From positions 31,045 to 95,044 of the forward strand of contig CACHJN010000004.1 of NCBI GenBank assembly GCA_902580115.1: 64,000 bases of DNA, in the 5' to 3' direction. The notes beneath the pieces were generated by a model. It was not told where the DNA came from and did not search any database. It worked only from the letters and a program-made list of their open reading frames with translations. The DNA comes from an uncultured Pelagibacteraceae bacterium. GTDB lineage: Bacteria > Pseudomonadota > Alphaproteobacteria > Pelagibacterales > Pelagibacteraceae. This document shows, one piece after another, positions 22,577-32,396 of this stretch (its first letter is position 1; each line of letters begins with the position of its first letter). The position numbers were made by a program, and so were the translations under genes.

Positions 22577-22984
22577 CTTTTTTAATTGAATAAGAAGAGC
22601 CCCTTCGCCTCCATCTTTTTGAGCAGGTGTTGTAATCGATAATATTAATTTAGAGATTTCTGGTTCTGAGTTAATATATTCAGGTACTGAGTATTTAAGT
22701 TTGCTCAGCCTGGAGGATTTATAGACATCGTTATCTTTAGAATGCAATCCTTTACCAGTAATTAAAAGTATCTTTTTAAAATTTTTTTCACTACATGAAA
22801 TTATAATGTCTCTAACTTTTTTGTTCGCCTCATTTAGTGTGAGTCCGTGCAAATCAAATCTAAAAGTTTCATTTCTTTTTCTTAATTGATTTATTTTATC
22901 TTTATCTGGTATCCGTGATGTGTCCTCTAAAAAATTTTTCCAGTCTTCTTTATCTTTTTGTGAGAGATTGTCTTTTTTTTTCAC
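22571..22984 (-). CDS. Smr/MutS2 C-terminal domain protein
   Basis: DLHG, LITGKG, GGEGA. Confidence 0.92.
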   Translation of the reverse strand: MKKKDNLSQKDKEDWKNFLEDTSRIPDKDKINQLRKRNETFRFDLHGLTLNEANKKVRDIIISCSEKNFKKILLITGKGLHSKDNDVYKSSRLSKLKYSVPEYINSEPEISKLILSITTPAQKDGGEGALLIQLKKL

Positions 22985-23589
22985 TAGCTTAAAATTTCAG
23001 CTAAATACCAATTGGGACTATTACTAGAAACTTTTTTTGAAAATTTCCATTGATCTGTTACAGTTTTTATTCTATCTGGATTTCCTTCAACTACATTATT
23101 ATTCTTGTCTTTTTTAACAGAAATTATGTCAGATACAAATTTAACTGTAGCGAAAATATTATCTTGAATTGTTTCGTATTTTTCAACATTTGACTCTTTT
23201 ATACCAATAAATGTTAATTCAGACTTAATGCCTTTATCTTCTCTTTCGGAGATTGCTTGGTTAAAATTAGTAGCCATTCTTGGAGTTAAAAGGTTTTTTA
23301 AACTTTTTTTATCACCTTTTGCAAATGAAGTGATTATTGTCTCATAAGCTATTTCTGCTCCACGGATAAACTTTTCTTTATCTTCTCCTTCAAGTTCATT
23401 AGGATTTTTCTTTTTAAATTTTACCTCTTGTTGTTTGCTAAATTCTTCAAATTTTTTTTCAGAAAATCTGGGATAAATTTTCTCTTCATGGCCGGTTTTT
23501 CTGCCTAAAATACTTCTTAATCTCAAAATTATAAAGCCAGCTATCATAGCCAACAATATAATATCTATATATCCAAAGTTACTACTCAT
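22984..23589 (-). CDS. Tim44/TimA family protein
   Basis: LRLRSILGRKTG, GAEIAYE.I..F, D.WKF, PNWYL. Confidence 0.9.
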   Translation of the reverse strand: MSSNFGYIDIILLAMIAGFIILRLRSILGRKTGHEEKIYPRFSEKKFEEFSKQQEVKFKKKNPNELEGEDKEKFIRGAEIAYETIITSFAKGDKKSLKNLLTPRMATNFNQAISEREDKGIKSELTFIGIKESNVEKYETIQDNIFATVKFVSDIISVKKDKNNNVVEGNPDRIKTVTDQWKFSKKVSSNSPNWYLAEILS

Positions 23590-23633
23590 AATTTGCTAAA
23601 TATACATTATTAATATATTTTTGTATCAGACAA

Positions 23634-24047
23634 ATGAACACAATACTAATATCAATTATAGCTGTACCAATAATAGAAATATTGCTTTTTATTAAAATTG
23701 GAGAGAATATTGGGGCAATAAACACTATTTTATTAATAATTTTTACTGCCGTAGTGGGCCTTTATTTTGCAAGGATTCAAGGTATCAAAACTATAAAGTC
23801 CGGGTTTATAAATATTTACCAAAATAAGCTACCAATTTATGAAATATTATCCGGAGCGTCAATTGCAGTAGCTGCTGTTTTTCTAATTATTCCGGGTTTT
23901 TTTACTGATGCTATTGGTTTCCTTTTACTAATTCCAATTACAAGAAAAATACTACTTTCTCCAATAATGAAAAAAAGTAAAAACCAGACAAAAAATGAAG
24001 AAATTATTGAAGCTGAAATAATAGACGATAAAAAAGATGAATTATAA
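23634..24047 (+). CDS. fxsA: FxsA family membrane protein
   Basis: PIIEI, PGFFTD.IG.LLLIP; upstream of secB. Confidence 0.9.
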   Translation: MNTILISIIAVPIIEILLFIKIGENIGAINTILLIIFTAVVGLYFARIQGIKTIKSGFINIYQNKLPIYEILSGASIAVAAVFLIIPGFFTDAIGFLLLIPITRKILLSPIMKKSKNQTKNEEIIEAEIIDDKKDEL

Positions 24048-24453
24048 AATAATTGCAAAATATGTAAAATCACTAAGTTTTGACATTTCCAAACCTGATA
24101 AATTCTTATCTCTTGCAAAAGATATTTCTAATTATAAATTTAAAATAGATATTAAAAGTAATAGATTTAAAGATAATATTATAGAAATACAAACAACTCT
24201 TGCCTTAGAGCCTAGAGAAAGCAACCTAGATAAAATTGATGCTCTAGTTACGTATTCGACTTTAGTTGAATTAGATAAGGATTTCACTGATAAAAAAAAA
24301 TTAGAGGAGATTATACTAGTAAAAATTCCTACTGAAGTTTACCCTGAACTAAGAAAAGTTTTTATTTTTATTTTTGAGAGTTCAGGATTTAGAGAAATCA
24401 AAATAGATCCAAATGTTGATTTTAAAAAACTTTATTTATCAAGACAGAATTAA
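24037..24453 (+). CDS. secB: Protein-export chaperone SecB (divergent)
   Basis: YVKSLSF, P.EVYPELR, SGF, VDF..LY; fxsA-secB-dnaQ synteny. Confidence 0.8.
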   Translation: MNYKIIAKYVKSLSFDISKPDKFLSLAKDISNYKFKIDIKSNRFKDNIIEIQTTLALEPRESNLDKIDALVTYSTLVELDKDFTDKKKLEEIILVKIPTEVYPELRKVFIFIFESSGFREIKIDPNVDFKKLYLSRQN

Positions 24454-25112
24454 AAAAAATTTTTTTTAAGCTCTGTTTTCAAAAATAAATTGTGATTTTT
24501 CAATTCTTCCTCTGTCAGATGAATTACTTTTTTGGAGTATTTTAAAACTGAACTTTGATTGCTTTTTTGCTCAATAGAAGAACTGAAAGATAATTTAGGC
24601 TCCTTGGCATCAAGAAGGTTGATATAAACTTCCCGTAATAAATTACAATCTAAAACAGCGTTATGCTTTGATCTTCTAGAAAGATCTACATTAAACCTTT
24701 TGCAAAGCGCATCTAAAGAATTAGATGTCCCTGGGAACTTACTTCTTGCTAATTCTAGGCTGTCAATAATTTTATTCTTAGTAATTATATTTTTTTTAAT
24801 TAATTTAAGTTCATAATTTATAAAAGGTATATCAAAAGATGCATTGTGAATAATTAGGTCCTTTCCATTAATAAAGTGTAAAAGTTCGTCAGCAATTTCT
24901 CTGAATTTGGGTTTATCTTTTAGGAAAGAAGTTGAAAAACCATGAATTTTAAAGGCTTCATCCGGAACATTGCGCTCAGGATTTATAATTTTATGAAATA
25001 CCTTTTTAGTAGGGATTAGTTCATTAGTTTCAATACAAGCAATCTCTACGATTTTATGATTGTCTTTGAATGAAAGCCCTGTAGTTTCTATATCAAGAAA
25101 TATTTCTGACAT
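24450..25112 (-). CDS. dnaQ: DNA polymerase III epsilon subunit
   Basis: DIETTG, HNASFD, SLDALC, H.A.LD. Confidence 0.96.
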   Translation of the reverse strand: MSEIFLDIETTGLSFKDNHKIVEIACIETNELIPTKKVFHKIINPERNVPDEAFKIHGFSTSFLKDKPKFREIADELLHFINGKDLIIHNASFDIPFINYELKLIKKNIITKNKIIDSLELARSKFPGTSNSLDALCKRFNVDLSRRSKHNAVLDCNLLREVYINLLDAKEPKLSFSSSIEQKSNQSSVLKYSKKVIHLTEEELKNHNLFLKTELKKNFF

Positions 25113-25663
25113 TATTTAATTATATCAGTTACTTTTTTTTTAAGATAGTTTTTTGACTTATTATTAACAATTAAATAATCACAATATTTAATTTTTTTTT
25201 TTGCAGATATTTGGTTTTTATCCAAAAGATAAAACATTTCCTTTTTCCCACCATTTTTAAGATAACGTTTCAGTCTATTTTTTCTAGGAGCTACTACTAA
25301 AATTATATAATCAAAAAAGTTCATTAATTTACTCTCTATAAGAAGAGGAATTTCAAAAAATACAATTTCTTTTTTTATATTTTTTTTATAAAACTCTCTC
25401 ATTTTTCTTCTAACAAAAGGATGAATTATTGCTCCTAGTTCTACCAAGGATATTTCTTCCTTTAATAATTTAGTCCTTATTTCCTCTTTAATATTTTTTT
25501 TTTTTAATTTAAATTTTTTTTTTATTTTTTTTTTAAATTTATTATTTGAATACAGATCTTTAACAACCTTGTCTGCACTAAAAAGTAGTCTATTGTTTTT
25601 TGATAATATTTTAGCAACTGATGATTTTCCTGAAGATAGAGACCCTGTTATTCCAATTTTCAT
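25112..25663 (-). CDS. coaE: Dephospho-CoA kinase
   Basis: GITGSLSSGKS, IHPFV, EIPLLIE. Confidence 0.93.
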   Translation of the reverse strand: MKIGITGSLSSGKSSVAKILSKNNRLLFSADKVVKDLYSNNKFKKKIKKKFKLKKKNIKEEIRTKLLKEEISLVELGAIIHPFVRRKMREFYKKNIKKEIVFFEIPLLIESKLMNFFDYIILVVAPRKNRLKRYLKNGGKKEMFYLLDKNQISAKKKIKYCDYLIVNNKSKNYLKKKVTDIIK

Positions 25664-26493
25664 CGGTTTAATTTTGACTCCAATAATTTTAATAACTCAT
25701 CATCTACCTCAGGGTTAATTTTATTCCATAAATAAAAAGATTTTTGTCCTTGATAAATAAACATATTTAAGCCATTGAACGATCTTATATTTTTTGATTT
25801 AAAATACTTTATCAATTTAGTCTGAGGGGGATTATAGATAGTATCTATATAAATCATATTTTTTTTAAAATTACCAAAATCAATTTTAAATTCATCGTTT
25901 TTTTTTAAGCCTACGCTTGTTGCGTTTATAACAATATCAAATTTATCTAACTCTTTAGAGCAATCATTCCATTTTATAACATTTATGCTTTTAAAGTTTT
26001 TTTTTAAAAATAGTGATTTCTCATGGGTTCTATTTGCTATTGAAATATTTAAAATGTTAGATTTTAATAAAGCTAATATAATTGATGGGGCGACCCCTCC
26101 AGCTCCAAAAATTAGAACCTTTTTATTTTTCTTTTCTTGATTAGATATTGATTTTAAATAAGCTGCTTGAAAGCCAAATACATCGGTGTTTTCTCCTATT
26201 ACATCATTATTTTTATCCAACATTATTGTGTTAACGGAGTGAGTCTCATTGGCATCATTTACTGTTTTGCTCAAAAAAGGTATCACAGATTTTTTATAAG
26301 GCAGAGTAACGTTAATTCCTTTTATCTCCTTATCCCTTACTTTATTAATTACACTTTGTATTTCATTTTCATTTATATCAAGAAGTTCGTACTCTGCGTT
26401 GATTTTATATTTATCAAACCAATAATTATGCATGATCGGTGAAAGAGAATGAGATATTGGTCTGCCTATTATTGCAAATCTGTTTTTTTTCAT
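25660..26493 (-). CDS. aroE: Shikimate dehydrogenase
   Basis: HSLSP, NVTLPYK, NTD, GAGG, NATSVG, YNP. Confidence 0.96.
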   Translation of the reverse strand: MKKNRFAIIGRPISHSLSPIMHNYWFDKYKINAEYELLDINENEIQSVINKVRDKEIKGINVTLPYKKSVIPFLSKTVNDANETHSVNTIMLDKNNDVIGENTDVFGFQAAYLKSISNQEKKNKKVLIFGAGGVAPSIILALLKSNILNISIANRTHEKSLFLKKNFKSINVIKWNDCSKELDKFDIVINATSVGLKKNDEFKIDFGNFKKNMIYIDTIYNPPQTKLIKYFKSKNIRSFNGLNMFIYQGQKSFYLWNKINPEVDDELLKLLESKLNR

Positions 26494-27074
26494 TTTTTAT
26501 AATTTTTGATATATGCTTTAATTTGTTTTATCGGCAATCCCATTATAGAGTCTTTATCGCCCTTTACATACTCAAATAAATTTAATCCACCTGCTTCAAT
26601 TTGATAAACACCGTAGGCTAATAACGTTTCAGTTTTTATTTTACTAAGGTACAATTTTAATTCTCCATCAGACAAGTTTTTCATCTTGAGTTCAGATTTA
26701 TCAGTATGATTCCAAATCATTGAGCTATTTTTAGATATACAAGCGGAGCTTATTAGATAATGCTTGTGTCCATTTAATAACTTTAAAATTTTAAATGCTT
26801 CTTCTCTAGAACTAGGTTTATTTATTAAATTTTCATTAAGTGATATTACGCTATCAGCACCTAATACGAGCTGGTCTGGGAATTTGGCGCCTACTTTAAT
26901 TGACTTTAATTCTGCAAGGTTTTTAGAAATAATTTCAGGGTCTGCTCCCTTTTCTAAAAGCGCCTCCTTTACCTGATCTTCATCTACATTTGAGGGCGAA
27001 ACTGTAGTTTGAAAACCATGTTTATCAAGTATATCTTTTCTTACCCCGCTCTTAGAAGCTAAAATAATTTTCAT
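26490..27074 (-). CDS. maf: Maf family nucleotide pyrophosphatase
   Basis: ILAS.S..R, GADSV, KP, GLP. Confidence 0.93.
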   Translation of the reverse strand: MKIILASKSGVRKDILDKHGFQTTVSPSNVDEDQVKEALLEKGADPEIISKNLAELKSIKVGAKFPDQLVLGADSVISLNENLINKPSSREEAFKILKLLNGHKHYLISSACISKNSSMIWNHTDKSELKMKNLSDGELKLYLSKIKTETLLAYGVYQIEAGGLNLFEYVKGDKDSIMGLPIKQIKAYIKNYKK

Positions 27075-27892
27075 TTGTTTTTTTTAATATCAATTATTTT
27101 TATTATCGAAGCTGCTGTTTCTTCAACTGATTTTCTTGTGACATCTATTGTGGGCCAATTGTATTTCTTAAATAAAGCCTTTGAGTCTTCTACCTCTTTT
27201 TTAATAGAGCTAATATCTGTATAAGTGGAGGATCTGTTTTCTTGCATCAGTGCTACCCGATTACGTCTTATATCAGATAATCTTTCTGGGTCTGCAAAAA
27301 GTCCTATTATACATGACTTAAAGTTTTTGTTTTTTAAGTCTTCTGGTATTTCTTGGTTGGGGACTAAAGGTATGTTTGTGGTTTTAAAACCTCTATTAGC
27401 TAAATAAATAGATGTAGGTGTTTTGCTTGTTCTACTAACGCCTAACAACACGACGTCTGAATTAGATAAATCTTCTGTTCGTTTTCCATCATCATGCGAC
27501 ATTGTAAATTGTATTGCTTCTATTCTTTTGTAATAATCCTCATCTAGTACATGTTGAGCACTTGGCTTGTGTATAGCTTTCTGATTTAATAATTTTGAGA
27601 AAGCCAAGATTAGACTGCCTAATACGCCAAAACAAGGAATGTTTGTTTCCTCACTTTTTTTAGACAAGTATTTAGCAAGTTTTGTTTCTACAATGGTGTA
27701 AAGTATAATTGGGTTGTTGCCCTTTATTCCGTCGTTTATTATTTTGTCTACTTGTTGTTCTGTTCTTACAAAGAAAAATTCTTTTTTTTCATACTTAAAA
27801 TTTTTAAATTGTGATTGTAATGATAGAAATATTCTATCAAGTGTTTCACCCGTGGAGTCTGAAATAAGATATACATTGTATTTTTCGTTCAT
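27071..27892 (-). CDS. ppsR: PEP synthase/pyruvate dikinase regulatory kinase-pyrophosphorylase (DUF299)
   Basis: SDSTGET, HDDG, GVSRTSKTP..YLA, SVEETA. Confidence 0.93.
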   Translation of the reverse strand: MNEKYNVYLISDSTGETLDRIFLSLQSQFKNFKYEKKEFFFVRTEQQVDKIINDGIKGNNPIILYTIVETKLAKYLSKKSEETNIPCFGVLGSLILAFSKLLNQKAIHKPSAQHVLDEDYYKRIEAIQFTMSHDDGKRTEDLSNSDVVLLGVSRTSKTPTSIYLANRGFKTTNIPLVPNQEIPEDLKNKNFKSCIIGLFADPERLSDIRRNRVALMQENRSSTYTDISSIKKEVEDSKALFKKYNWPTIDVTRKSVEETAASIIKIIDIKKNK

Positions 27893-28163
27893 AATTTTGT
27901 TAATAAATATCGAATAACTTGGTTTTATATTTTATTTTTAATATCAAAAAAGATTTACTCACATTAGTTAACATATTTGGTACATTTTATTCTATGTGAA
28001 CAATTTAATACATAAAAACTTTAAACTGTGAGTATAATTCAAATAAGGGTAAATTTAGACAAGTTAATGGGTATAAAATGTTTAAAACTTGGTATAATTA
28101 AATGTAATCGTTACTAACATGACCTATTACAATAATTACCTTTATCAATATATTATTTAATTT
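27893..28163. other. Candidate chromosomal replication origin (oriC)
   Basis: Longest intergenic region in the window (271 bp), between ppsR and hemE as in Caulobacter; several degenerate DnaA boxes, a box-spacer-trio module and an AT-rich tract. Confidence 0.75.
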
Positions 28164-29174
28164 ATGAGTAAATTATTAAATTGCTTGATTAGAAAAGATA
28201 CTTCTTGTGTACCTGTCTGGTTTATGAGACAAGCAGGAAGATATCTTCCAGAATTTAGACAAATAAGATCAAACAATCCTGATTTTTTAAAACTATGTTT
28301 TAATAGTACTCTAGCTACAGAAATAACCTTACAACCTCTTAAAAAATTTAATTTAGATGCCGCAATTATTTTTTCAGATATATTAGTCATCCCCTATGCT
28401 TTAAAACAACAGATAGAATTTAGAAATAAAGGGGGACCCTGGTGCCCAAACTTTAATATAAATAAATTTTTAGAAGCTTCTGAAAAAGAATTTTTATTAA
28501 CATTAAACCCTGTTTATGAAACAATAAAGAAAACTAAAAATGCACTTGGAAAAAATAAATCCTTAATAGCCTTTGTTGGGGCTCCATGGACACTTATAAT
28601 ATATTTGTTCAGTTTAAAAAATCAAAATGATATTAACAAAAAAATAAGTATAAAAAATAAGGAAGAGATAAAATTAGTTTTAAAAAAATTAGATGAGTTT
28701 TTAAAAATTCATATAATTAAACAAAAGGAGGCTGGCGCAGAAGTAATACAAATTTTTGACTCTTGGGCTGGGCTTATTCATGAAGAAGATTTAAATGAAT
28801 ATTGTTTTGTACCAAACAAAAGCTTGGTAAAATTTTGCAGGGATAATAAAATTCCTTCAATCTGCTTTCCCAAAGGTTTAAAAAAAAATTATAAAAAATT
28901 TGTAGAAGAAGTGAAACCAGATGCAATTAATATTGATCAAGATATTGATCCCCTGTGGGCAAGAGACAACTTGAACAAAATATGTATACAAGGGGGAATG
29001 AATCCCAACCTTCTCCTCAAAAGCCAGGAAGAAGTATTAAAAGAAACCGAGCGGTACATAGATATTTTCAAGAACGACCCCTACATATTTAATCTCGGAC
29101 ATGGTATTCTACCACAAACAAATCCAAACGTTATAAAAACAATTGTAGATAAAGTGAATTTAATAAAAAGATGA
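28164..29174 (+). CDS. hemE: Uroporphyrinogen decarboxylase
   Basis: PVWFMRQAGRYLPE, FSDIL, GAPWT, FNLGHGI. Confidence 0.97.
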   Translation: MSKLLNCLIRKDTSCVPVWFMRQAGRYLPEFRQIRSNNPDFLKLCFNSTLATEITLQPLKKFNLDAAIIFSDILVIPYALKQQIEFRNKGGPWCPNFNINKFLEASEKEFLLTLNPVYETIKKTKNALGKNKSLIAFVGAPWTLIIYLFSLKNQNDINKKISIKNKEEIKLVLKKLDEFLKIHIIKQKEAGAEVIQIFDSWAGLIHEEDLNEYCFVPNKSLVKFCRDNKIPSICFPKGLKKNYKKFVEEVKPDAINIDQDIDPLWARDNLNKICIQGGMNPNLLLKSQEEVLKETERYIDIFKNDPYIFNLGHGILPQTNPNVIKTIVDKVNLIKR

Positions 29175-30163
29175 ACAAAGATCACCCGCAAGTAAACTTT
29201 GGTAAAACAGGAGTTCTTCTAGTAAACCTAGGCACACCAGACTCAACCAAATGGTTAGATATTAGGAGATATTTAAAAGAATTTTTATCAGATAAGAGAG
29301 TGATAGAGGTAAACCCATTTCTTTGGAAAATTATTTTAAATTTATTTATTCTTAACTTAAGGCCATCGAAAACCGCGAAGGCTTACAAAGAAATATGGAT
29401 GAAAAAAGAAGACATGTCTCCACTAAGATACTTCACAATAATGCAAACTAAAAAGCTATTGGACAGAATTAGCAATAAAGATGTAATCGTTGATTATGCT
29501 ATGCGGTATGGAAATCCGAGCATAAAAAGTAAAATTCAAAAATTACATGAGGTTGGTTGTGAGAGACTAATTGTTTTGCCACTTTACCCTCAATATGCTG
29601 CAGCAACAACTGCTACTGTTTGTGATGAGGTGTACAGAGTTTTAATGGGAATGAGGTGGCAACCAAGTTTGAATATTGTACCCCATTATGAGTCAGATCC
29701 TCTTTACATTAAGGCACTTTCGAATAGTCTAAATTCGAAAGTAGCAGAATTAAATTGGAAACCAGATTTAGTAATAGCTTCATATCACGGTATTCCCCAA
29801 AAATATTTTGATAAAGGGGATCCTTATCACTGTTATTGTCATAAGACTTCCAGACTGCTTTCGGAAGAATTTAAAAGCATCGAAATAAAAACTACTTTTC
29901 AATCTAGATTTGGTCCAGAAGCATGGTTAAAACCTTATACTGATAAGACTTTAGAAAATTTACCAAAAGAAGGAAAAAAAAATATTTTAGTGATTTGCCC
30001 AGGTTTTTCTTCCGATTGTGTCGAAACTCTTGAAGAGATATCTATACAAGGTAAAGAAACCTTTTTTAAATCTGGAGGAAAAAATTTCGATGTTGCGCCC
30101 TGTTTAAATGACAATGAAGATCATATAAACTTGTTAGAAAAATTAATAAAAAAAGTTTTATAA
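29171..30163 (+). CDS. hemH: Ferrochelatase
   Basis: NLGTP, LPLYPQY, SYHG, FQSRFG..WL.P, DCVETLEE. Confidence 0.97.
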   Translation: MNKDHPQVNFGKTGVLLVNLGTPDSTKWLDIRRYLKEFLSDKRVIEVNPFLWKIILNLFILNLRPSKTAKAYKEIWMKKEDMSPLRYFTIMQTKKLLDRISNKDVIVDYAMRYGNPSIKSKIQKLHEVGCERLIVLPLYPQYAAATTATVCDEVYRVLMGMRWQPSLNIVPHYESDPLYIKALSNSLNSKVAELNWKPDLVIASYHGIPQKYFDKGDPYHCYCHKTSRLLSEEFKSIEIKTTFQSRFGPEAWLKPYTDKTLENLPKEGKKNILVICPGFSSDCVETLEEISIQGKETFFKSGGKNFDVAPCLNDNEDHINLLEKLIKKVL

Positions 30164-30598
30164 ATGAATGCATATCTGACATTTAAAGCCCTTCATTTAA
30201 TAGCAGTTATATCTTGGATGGCAGGACTACTTTATTTACCGAGAATTTTTGTTTATCACGCAGAGACAAAAGAAAACAAGGGACAATCAGAAACATTCAA
30301 GCTGATGGAAAAAAGATTGTATTTTTATATTATGAATCCGGCAATGATTTTGTCTTGGGTTTTCGGTGTGCTTCTTATTCATTCACAAGGCCTTCTAAGT
30401 CTTGGTCTATTATGGATGAAAATTAAAATTGGATTAGTTATAATTTTAACTGGTTATCACTTTTATCTGCTTGCCGTCCTAAGAGATTTTCAAATTGACA
30501 ATAATACTAAAAGCTCCAAATTTTTTAGGATTATCAATGAGGTGCCTACATTATTGCTTATTATCATCATTTTTGTAGTAATTTTTAAACCATTATAA
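30164..30598 (+). CDS. hemJ: Protoporphyrinogen oxidase HemJ
   Basis: KALHL...SWMAGL.YLPR.FVYH, R..NEVPT, KP. Confidence 0.96.
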   Translation: MNAYLTFKALHLIAVISWMAGLLYLPRIFVYHAETKENKGQSETFKLMEKRLYFYIMNPAMILSWVFGVLLIHSQGLLSLGLLWMKIKIGLVIILTGYHFYLLAVLRDFQIDNNTKSSKFFRIINEVPTLLLIIIIFVVIFKPL

Positions 30599-30600
30599 TA

Positions 30601-30628
30601 CTTGAAATTTTACTAAAAAGACCTATAT
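30601..30628 (+). promoter_or_regulatory. Putative RpoH(sigma32)-like promoter of rho
   Basis: CTTGAA-15-CCTATAT, resembling alphaproteobacterial RpoH promoters. Confidence 0.45.
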
Positions 30629-30664
30629 TTATCTTACTTACCTCGTAACCAACCAATCAATTAA

Positions 30665-31936
30665 ATGAACTTACAAGAACTAAAAAAACAAAGCCCAGCT
30701 GATCTAATATCGCAAGCAGAAAAACTTGGTATTGAAAACCCAAGCACGTTAAGAAAACAAGAAATTCTATTTGCAATATTAAAAAAATTAGCTGAAAAAA
30801 ATGAGCAGATTAGTGCTTCTGGAGTGCTTGAAGTCTTACAGGATGGCTTTGGTTTTTTGAGAGCGATCGAGTCAAATTATTTACCTGGCCCAGACGATAT
30901 ATATGTAAGCCCTAGTCAAATTAGAAGATTCGGATTAAGAACAGGCGACACAGTTGAGGGAGAAGTGAGAGCCCCTAAAGATGCAGAAAGATATTTTGCA
31001 CTTTTAAAAGTAAATAAAATAAATTTTGACGAACCAGAGAAGGGGAGAAATAAAATAGCCTTTGACAACCTTACTCCTTTGTATCCAAATAAAAGAATAA
31101 AATTAGAAGTTGAAACCACAAAGGTAGAAAAGAAACCAGACAATACAGCTAGATTAATTGATCTAGTTAGTCCAATAGGAAAAGGACAAAGATCTCTTAT
31201 AGTCTCTCCTCCTAGAGCGGGAAAAACTATCATTTTACAAAATATTGCTCAATCAATTACTGCCAACCACCCAGAAATATATTTAATGGTTTTATTAATA
31301 GATGAAAGACCGGAAGAAGTTACAGACATGCAAAGATCTGTTAAGGGTGAAGTTGTTTCCTCTACGTTTGACGAACCAGCTTCAAGGCACGTTGCAGTCG
31401 CAGAGATGGTAATAGAAAAAGCCAAGAGACTTGTAGAACACAAAAAAGATGTTGTTATTCTATTAGATTCTATAACTAGACTCGGCAGAGCCTATAACGC
31501 TGTTGTGCCTAGTTCAGGAAAAGTTTTAACTGGTGGTGTAGATGCTAACGCTTTGCAAAGACCAAAAAGATTTTTTGGTGCTGCCAGAAACGTGGAACAA
31601 GGTGGGTCACTCACAATTATTTCAACAGCTTTAATTGATACTGGAAGTAGAATGGACGAAGTAATATTTGAGGAGTTTAAGGGAACCGGAAACTCGGAAC
31701 TTATATTGGATAGAAAGGTCGCAGATAAAAGAATATACCCTGCATTAGATGTAACAAGATCTGGAACAAGAAGAGAAGAACTTTTATTTGCTAAAGATGA
31801 TCTATCAAAAATGAACGTTTTAAGAAGAATAATTAGCCCTATGGGCACTATGGACGGTATAGAATTTTTAATATCCAAAATTAAAGACACTAAAAATAAT
31901 TCTGATTTTTTTAATTCTATGAACAAATCAAATTAA
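30665..31936 (+). CDS. rho: Transcription termination factor Rho
   Basis: [37 protein letters not shown]. Confidence 0.98.
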   Translation: MNLQELKKQSPADLISQAEKLGIENPSTLRKQEILFAILKKLAEKNEQISASGVLEVLQDGFGFLRAIESNYLPGPDDIYVSPSQIRRFGLRTGDTVEGEVRAPKDAERYFALLKVNKINFDEPEKGRNKIAFDNLTPLYPNKRIKLEVETTKVEKKPDNTARLIDLVSPIGKGQRSLIVSPPRAGKTIILQNIAQSITANHPEIYLMVLLIDERPEEVTDMQRSVKGEVVSSTFDEPASRHVAVAEMVIEKAKRLVEHKKDVVILLDSITRLGRAYNAVVPSSGKVLTGGVDANALQRPKRFFGAARNVEQGGSLTIISTALIDTGSRMDEVIFEEFKGTGNSELILDRKVADKRIYPALDVTRSGTRREELLFAKDDLSKMNVLRRIISPMGTMDGIEFLISKIKDTKNNSDFFNSMNKSN

Positions 31937-31978
31937 ACTTAATTTGTAATCTTCTTTTTTTTCTTATAAAATATTAAT

Positions 31979-32395
31979 ATGTTAGATAAATTCAATAATT
32001 TATTTTATTTAATTATATATTTTGCTCATTTTTTAATAGTAGGAAGTTACGCCTACCAACTAGTTTTTGACACTAAAAAATTTCTTAAAGGAAGAGGAGT
32101 TGACAAAACCGCAACTTTAATCACAAGATTCGCGGGCTCATTTATGATTGGAATAGTTTTGATGGCAATTTACATTGCATTTATCAGATCGGGGGGGCTA
32201 GATGCTACTTGGGCTTTTTTTAATTTAGTTTTCATAATTAATGTTTCAATATTAATTATAAATTTTTACTCTTTAAGAATTGATAAGACGGGTTTAACAA
32301 AAAAGACTAAAGATGACGGAATATATGCTCCTTTAATCTTAGTAGTCATGAGTGCGATACTTTGTTATGGTTTAGCTGATAAAATTTATGTTTAA
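31979..32395 (+). CDS. Hypothetical membrane protein (about 4 TM helices)
   Basis: 138-aa ORF filling the gap, four hydrophobic segments, TTGTAA-17-TAAAAT upstream. Confidence 0.75.
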   Translation: MLDKFNNLFYLIIYFAHFLIVGSYAYQLVFDTKKFLKGRGVDKTATLITRFAGSFMIGIVLMAIYIAFIRSGGLDATWAFFNLVFIINVSILIINFYSLRIDKTGLTKKTKDDGIYAPLILVVMSAILCYGLADKIYV

Positions 32396-32396
32396 T

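Noticed and set aside
25480-25545. Long poly-T/poly-A runs in coaE and other genes as phase-variation or frameshift sites
   Set aside because: Frames are intact; the runs reflect AAA-Lys codons in an AT-rich genome
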